From Dimorphilus gyrociliatus (Eukaryota; Animalia; Annelida): a stretch of DNA of 64,000 nt. The DNA lies in contig CAJFCJ010000033.1 of the NCBI GenBank assembly GCA_904063045.1, positions 62,001 through 126,000 on the forward strand. Reading direction: 5' to 3'. The translations under genes and the position numbers were made by a program. Within the stretch, counting starts at the first letter, position 1; each line of letters opens with the position of its first letter. Shown here one piece after another: positions 57,243 through 64,000 of the stretch. Below the pieces are notes generated by a model, which was not told the origin of the DNA, ran no database searches, and saw only the letters and a list, made by a program, of their open reading frames with translations.

Positions 57243-58974
57243 TCATAGTAGATCAAAGTATTTCTTGTTTACATCCATTTTACATGTTCGACAAGGATAT
57301 TCTTTTGTTAAAAATGGTGTATACCTAAAAAAGAAAAAAATAAAAAAACAAGCTATATCATTTGAACGTAATGAATGGAAGAAAATAGAGAAGACAGAGA
57401 AAGAGAGAATGCTTGAAGAAAGAAAAGCCCCAACATCTTACCAAAAGTTCACAGCCAAATTCCTTTTTTCAGTTATATTTGGCATAGAATTCACTTCGTG
57501 CCACCAAAACGAGGGCATATAGAGTACATCTCCACGAGATATAGTACAATTTAGAGGACGAGTTTTAGCGAAATTAGGAAATTTTGTAAAATCTGGTTTT
57601 TTTACATCGACTGGTGACATAACCATTGAAGTACTGTCGTCTCGAGATTTTCTTCGGAATTTTTTAACCTTTCTATCGAAGCTCAACGAACCTTGAATAA
57701 TATGAGATTCGTAAAGATTCTCATTATCCCAAGGTTCGAATAAAATAACTTGCTTAGTTCCGGATACCTGCATAATAGTTTTGTATGAAATTACGGAAAT
57801 ATACGATAAGATAATTCAAATTTACTTGGCATAATAGATTATCGTAAGGATCAAAGTGAAGCCTTCCAATTGTATGACCGTCACTTAACCAGGAATTTGT
57901 GTGCTCTTTGTCTAAGTACTCTTTAATAAATTCTGGCTCTTCTATATAATTTAACATATCTGGCATATATTCTGAAATAGAACTATATTCCATATAGGCT
58001 GATATATTTCTCATAGTATAATTCTTTAAGGAGCCTGTATATTCTATTATATCTAAAAATTCCTTCATTTTCATATTTGCCGGGGCTGGCCTGACAACGA
58101 CCAGATCGGGAAATTCTAATTGCTTTCGAACCTTTTCGGGTATTTCTAAACTTTCGTAATCTTCCCATAGTTTTGCTGATTCAACACCTTCAAAATCGCC
58201 TTTTGGCGTTAATTTAATATGAACTACCTGATTGGACAGTTTCTCCCTGATATAGTTATTTTTCCAGTCTTCCAGAGCTTTCCAATTGTTTGCTAAACCT
58301 TTAAAAATAACTGGTTTTGATTTAGTTAGAAATTTATCAAAAAATTCTTTAGCAGACGGTGGTTTATTGTAAATTTCACATTGAGACATTTCATTATTCA
58401 TTTGATCAGCACGTACGAAATGAGCATTAAGACTATTAGGATATTTCTTATATAATTCTTCAATAGTTCTTCCAGTTACCTTATAAACATCCCGTAATAT
58501 TGACTCTTTCCTCTTACCCTTTGCATCTAAAGTACCGTCCACCTGTCTGAAAGTTGAGCAAAGACTATTTATAAATTCAACAAGGTAGTTCAGCGACATT
58601 ATCCCTTTGTATGGTACCGGTTTGGGTGAGGCGAAAACATGAGATGGCATCAATAAGCAAGATCTATCTAAGTTAATCTTTTCAATAGCTACAAAACTGC
58701 TCATAAACATATTCTGATCTACTTTTTGACCATTTGGCCATAGTTCAAATCCTGATACATTGAATAGCCCCACGGTAACATTGTCATCTTGATAGATATT
58801 AGAGAGATCTTTAATACTTCCATATGTTTTTAATTCAGCTACATTAAATCCAACAAAGCAGGAATGGTGAAGAATTTCAAATATTTTGGGTATATCATAG
58901 ATTTCATATGTATGCGAGTTTATTAGAGTAAATAAATTGAACAGAATTAATGCACAATATTTAAAAAAAATCAT
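57243..58974 (-). CDS. Signal peptide + thioredoxin-like fold + JmjC (cupin_8) hydroxylase-like protein, 3 exons
   Basis: KPVIFKGLANNWKALEDW, SWLSDGHTIGRLHFDPYDNLLCQ-ISGTKQVILF, GDVLYMPSFWWHEV, NLAVNFWY; HxD...H metal triad intact; last exon ends ..KKYFDLL* (TGA 57245-57243). Confidence 0.85.
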
Positions 58975-59672
58975 CTTCTCTTACGTTTATTTCTTCATTG
59001 ACTATTCGGAACCGGAACTTGACGTCTGCTTGTAAATTTTGGCACGAAAATAATGATATTCATAAGATAATTAATATCTAGATTCAATTTTTTAAGAATT
59101 TCAAGGACCTATTATTAACTGAAGTTTTATGATCTCTTTCCCTTAATTGGAGAATAATCTTTACTTTGTCACTTCTGGACTATAAACAAATTTCTATTTT
59201 TATCTATCCTTTTTTCTTTGTGATCTTTTATTGATCATTTTCCTATGCCATTATAGTACTTGCCAGCTTTATAACAATAAGAGCGACTACTAATGAAGCC
59301 ATTAACAATAGCCAATCAATGTTAATTATTAGCTTTGTAACTATAGTGAATAAACATTAGAAGGTGGGGTGGGGGAATGCAAGTAAATAATGGTGTTCTA
59401 TGAGGAATCTTGACATTATATATAAGTCTTTTTTTTTAATATTTCAAAGTGAATATGCTAAAAAGAAAAGCAAATAAAAGATGATCGATTCGGATAAGTT
59501 TAAATATGTGGTGCGAAATAATTTGATGACATTGTTGGCAATCTACTCACTAAATTCGAGTCGAATTTTCAAATTGTAGCACGCACCAGTCTTCGGTAAA
59601 TAACGTAAACAAACATGGTGGCTAATTCAACTTGAAAAGTTCTCTTCTTCTATTCTTTAAACACTTTTAAAA

Positions 59673-61993
59673 ATGTCGACTATGGTGCATTTAGACTATC
59701 CCCGGAGTGAAAATTTCCTCCAATGGGACGAATTAGAGTAATTAGTATCAATATCTATTTTTCTTACGACTAATAACGTTAATTAATTTTCAGATGCCTC
59801 AGCAGAGCTTTAGGAGTAAGTTACAAAGCTTTATATTTTTAATTATAGACCTCAAAAAGAAACTCTTTACAGTTTCCTAGTGATTATTTATTGAGAGAGA
59901 TTCCAAAGGAATACACTGAAAAGAGCGGTATAACAATAGAAGTAAGTTTATCATATCTTAGTTATTTTTTGCATCCAATTAATAGCGAATTATCGCCTAA
60001 TCATTTTCTTAAAATCAATCTAGAATTTCTATTATCTGATAAACAAACACCACTGCTTTGATAGAGCTGTTGATCATACATTTAATATTCATTCTCCACA
60101 ATGGAATCTTAAAGTCATAAAGAAATCCGTCTACCTGCTAAGTCACAGAGCAATAAGGTAAGAGTTAAGTCAATAAGATATAGATTAATCCTATAAATTA
60201 ATCCGATCCCCTTTTAGTTTCAAGCAACTTTTTGATATAAGAATTGCGTATGGAGTTTACGAAACTTTAGATACAAGAGGTCTTCTAACAGAGGAGGAAC
60301 GTCTTAGGAGAGCTCTGAAAATGTGTAATTTTCAAATATCTCCTATGAAGAAGAGACATAGATTAAAGCATATGCAACAAGCATTTACCGAATCGAATCG
60401 TATGCAATTAGATGAATTTATGCAATTAATACTTTGGTGTAAAAAATATCAAGAATGGGAAAATAAAGGCTCAAATTTAAATTTAACCAAAGATTTCTCA
60501 ACAGGACTCTACGAAGTAGGCATAAATACCACATTAAATCACTTATCTATTTTGCTTAATTTGTTAGCTGGAAGATTTTAATGAACTTTTACATCATCAT
60601 GACGAGAAGATGGGCTGGAAATTAGACGAAGAATATTTACAAGAGGAAAGGGCGTTTTCGAAAGAACGTCACGGAAGTAAAAGGTTACCTAAAGAAAGTA
60701 CAATTGATCCTGAAGTTAGAAGACGAATGGTAAGTATAAAGAGACAGATAGACAAACAAACAAACAGACTATTGCTTAAATAACAAATGCTTATCAAAAC
60801 ACAAACTGGATTTAAATAGAAAAGGGTTTGTTAATGTTGTTTGCTTTATATTCCGTAATAATTCTATTAATCTTTTCGAAAAGCTTTAGATTTTACTAAT
60901 TGTTATTCTTTATGTTATACTATATTTCTCATTTCGTCACCTTTTCATTTTGAAAAGGTCGAAAAATTGATATTCTTCTAATTTCATCCAATTTCCATAA
61001 TTTGTGTATTGTAAATGTTAAACGGGAATTATTTACGTAATTACAATAGGTTTATGAACATATGCGAAAGTACATGCCACTTAAAGAAGAAATGAATAAA
61101 TCCGAGGGACGTGTACAAAGCGCTCAAGCCGGATATATTCGAGATAGACCTATTACAACTCCCAGGGTTATAAACGATTTCCAGTCCAATAATAATTCCC
61201 AAAGCCAATCAACTGATAATCATCCGAATAGCCTGCAAGATCGTATGAAAGTCTTTTATAAAAGACCAAAAACTAGTCACGCTAAAAATACAAAATCATC
61301 GAAATCACAATCAAATTATCCTGCAAGACCGTATAGTACCCCGCCAGTAATTCGCCAAGAAGATGTTGAAGAATTGGAGAGAAACGTTTCTAACCTAAAA
61401 TTCAGCGATGTTACTCTCGTACGTTATTCTTCTTAAATAAACACACAAACAAACAAACAAACAAATCAATCTCTTCAATAGGTTGACAAGTACAAGAAAA
61501 GATTTGTCGGAGATATGGAATATCTTTATCCTGGTTTTAGTCAACGTTCAATAGGAAAGGATATAAGAAATGCTAGAAGACCTAAAACCGCCCCCGTTGG
61601 ACAGAGAGTTGGTACAGTAAAAAGGTAAACAAACGTCAACTTAATACTTCTTTTAGTATAAAAGAAAACGGATATTTCATTTATAGGAGAATTTTAATGA
61701 AACAACAATCAACTCAAAGTCAATTGAATGAGGAACAACGTCAACAGGAAGTGAAAAATGATATTCTCAAGGGAACAGAGGCGGTAGTTGGAACTAAAAA
61801 TTGGAAACTTGTACTTGATCATATGGAAAATGTGCCAATCATAGAACCTAAATCAAAAGATGTTAAATTTAAAATGCGTAAAAGTAAAAGAACCGAAAAA
61901 GCCAAATTATCAAGACTAGTCAACTTAGTGGAGAAGGATTCACCATATATGGCAAGAAAGTTAGCTTTTGCTGCTGTAAAACAAAGACCGTGA
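59673..61993 (+). CDS. Uncharacterised protein with degenerate EF-hand-like region and RPx(S/T) low-complexity tail, ~9 exons
   Basis: Exons join in phase from ATG 59673 (MSTMVHLDYPRS..) through AYGVYETLDTRG..LRRALKMC, MQLDEFMQLILWC, RPKTSH/RPYSTP/RPKTAP repeats to TGA 61993. Family not recognised. Confidence 0.7.
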
Positions 61994-62197
61994 TTGATAA
62001 CCTAGGAAAGATTTTCTTGACATAAATACCTAGTCGCCAAATGAATGGAAATAATAATTATATAGGAAACTCTTTAAATTCATAAACATTTATTGACATA
62101 ATAGTAATTGAAATATAAACAAATTTTTTTTGGTTGAGAACATACGAGAAAGAATAAACTTATTTTCGAAGTTTTCCAGAAAAGATCCTAATGGGAG

Positions 62198-62204
<7 letters not shown>

Positions 62205-62234
<30 letters not shown>
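62205..62234. repeat. (AG)n microsatellite between convergent 3' ends
   Basis: Direct reading. Confidence 0.9.
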
Positions 62235-62239
<5 letters not shown>

Positions 62240-62489
62240 AAAAGTTTTTCTTATTGTTTTCTTTTTAATAATTTAAAATGAAACAATTAACCTTGTCGTT
62301 GTACCCAATCACAATATCCAGAAACTGTGATTTCTAGACTAGAGGAATTTTTTATAATTAAACAATAAAATATTGTTGCCCAAACAGAGATTTTTTTCAA
62401 ACTTATTTGATGATTTAATGAAATAAATATTATTTCTTTTAAACTACATCATATATATATATATAAATATATATGATTATTAAGGACTT

Positions 62490-64000
62490 TCAAGTAAATT
62501 TTGGACTATCACTTGAAAATGAATTATCCTGATTGGCTTGTTGAATGAGACGAATTTCAACTTTAACATTTAGGCATGCTTGCCTTTCTTGATGAATTTT
62601 GTCACATAAGTCTTTACTCTTAAACTGAAATAGAATAAGAAAACAAAAAAAAGTTAGCTTTTTTTCAATATCGTAAGAAAAATGAAAAAAAAAAAGAATT
62701 TGTTACCTCTTCGTTTTCATTGCTTTTTGTTATATTTTGCAAGTGGAGAATTAAATCATTAAGATCTTCATCGTCACTATCGGAATCTGACGATTCAGTA
62801 CAATATAATTCTTCATTAATAGCTTTCATATCGCTTATTTCCTATTGAAAAAAAAAATGTAATTTTAGTAGAAAAACTACAAAAGAGATATGTTAATTCA
62901 AGAAATATGACTTTTAAAAAAATATTTACTTGGTGTAACTTTTCAATTTCCAACTGTTCTGTATCGATTTTTTGTCTCAGTTCGTCACCTAAAAGCCAAA
63001 ACGAATTTAATTAAAATCATAATAAATATCTACTTACGTATTGCTATCAATTCTTCCTCCTCCAGAACAGCTTTTTGGTGTATGACTAGCAATTCTTCAT
63101 ATTTAGATGCACTCATATCATCTCCTTCTACAATCTCATCGTCTGAACTAGTTACAACTGTTTCAGAACTACATTCAGTTGATATGACAAGGTCATCATC
63201 ATCATCATCATCATCGTCGTCGTCGACATCATTTTCCTCCACTTTCTCCTCTTCGCTCTCATAAAATTCTTGATTACGTTCATTAATCATCTTAATTTCG
63301 CGAGCCTCTAGCGAATCACTACCTTCTTCGTCCTCCAGCGATATAGAATCATTGGGTACTTCTACGAAACGTTCAACTTCATTCGCATTTGCTATTTCCT
63401 CCATCACAACGACAGCTTCGCCTTTTTCAATCGAATTTACTTGCTGATCATTCTCAACTTGATCTGGTGGAGCATTTTCTTTTTCTTCAGCGGACAGTCG
63501 TTTTCTATGTGCATCGGGAGTGGCTTTTTTTGGCTGTTCGGTTAATTCTTTTAACGACCTATCATGTTTCATATTTAAGTTTGGGGTCGATTTGAGATTT
63601 ACTTCAGGTGTAGTTTTGGTTGAATGTCTTTCAACAGGAGTTAAATTAGTGACTTCTGCAGGCGTAATTTCTTTGAGTTTGAGAATTTGCTTCAACTTCC
63701 TTTTTAGTTGAGTAATTACTCGTTGAACTTCCCATAATTCCTCTTCCAATTCAATTTCTCGACAAATAATTAATCTTTGGTGTAAAAACGACAATCGAGA
63801 TTCCTGTTTAGATAATTCCTCTTGTAAAGCTTCAGAATTATCTGGTAATTCAAGAGACCATTTAGAGCCAACTGGTTTCAAAGGAGCGGCGTATCTTAAA
63901 AAAATAAAAAACAAAACAAAATAAAAAAAATACAATAGAAAAAAAAAAACAAATAGTATGTTTGAAAAATTTAACAATTTTTATTTATTTCTTTTATTAC
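62490..64000 (-). CDS. RALBP1: RalA-binding protein 1 (RLIP76), 3' part; 5' end beyond window
   Basis: LPDNSEALQEELSKQESRLSFLH...EEELWEVQRVITQLKRKLK (Ral-binding helices), EEEELIAIRDELRQKIDTEQLEIEKL, ERQACLNVKVEIRL; stop TGA 62492-62490. Confidence 0.92.

Overview
AT-rich, gene-dense eukaryotic (animal) genomic DNA with about 16 protein-coding genes, mostly split by very short (~50-90 nt) GT-AG introns. Gene content and compactness suggest a miniaturised lophotrochozoan genome such as the annelid Dimorphilus gyrociliatus (species identity is inference). In order: partial unknown gene (-), receptor guanylate cyclase (+, apparent frameshift), vinculin (-), CDS-intronless Homer (+), a giant EGF/CUB/C-lectin/LDLa/LRR GRL101-type GPCR ending in a kinase-like remnant (+), chromo-shadow-only HP1-like gene (-), ropporin-like (+), class I Rab11-FIP (+), death-fold+SEFIR adaptor (-), Suv4-20 (-), xylose isomerase (+), SAP+THAP protein (+), ARL1 (+), DNAJC30 (+), signal peptide-thioredoxin-like-JmjC protein (-), an uncharacterised EF-hand-like protein (+) and the 3' part of RALBP1 (-). 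No rRNA, tRNA, CRISPR or intact transposon was seen. Best leads: a GPCR-pseudokinase fusion, a hidden vinculin exon encoding a predicted transmembrane helix, an array of ten symmetric micro-exons in Rab11-FIP, and many TACAGTA/TACTGTA motifs matching Tc1/mariner excision footprints. Exon structures were traced by hand; homology calls are from motif recognition, not database searches.
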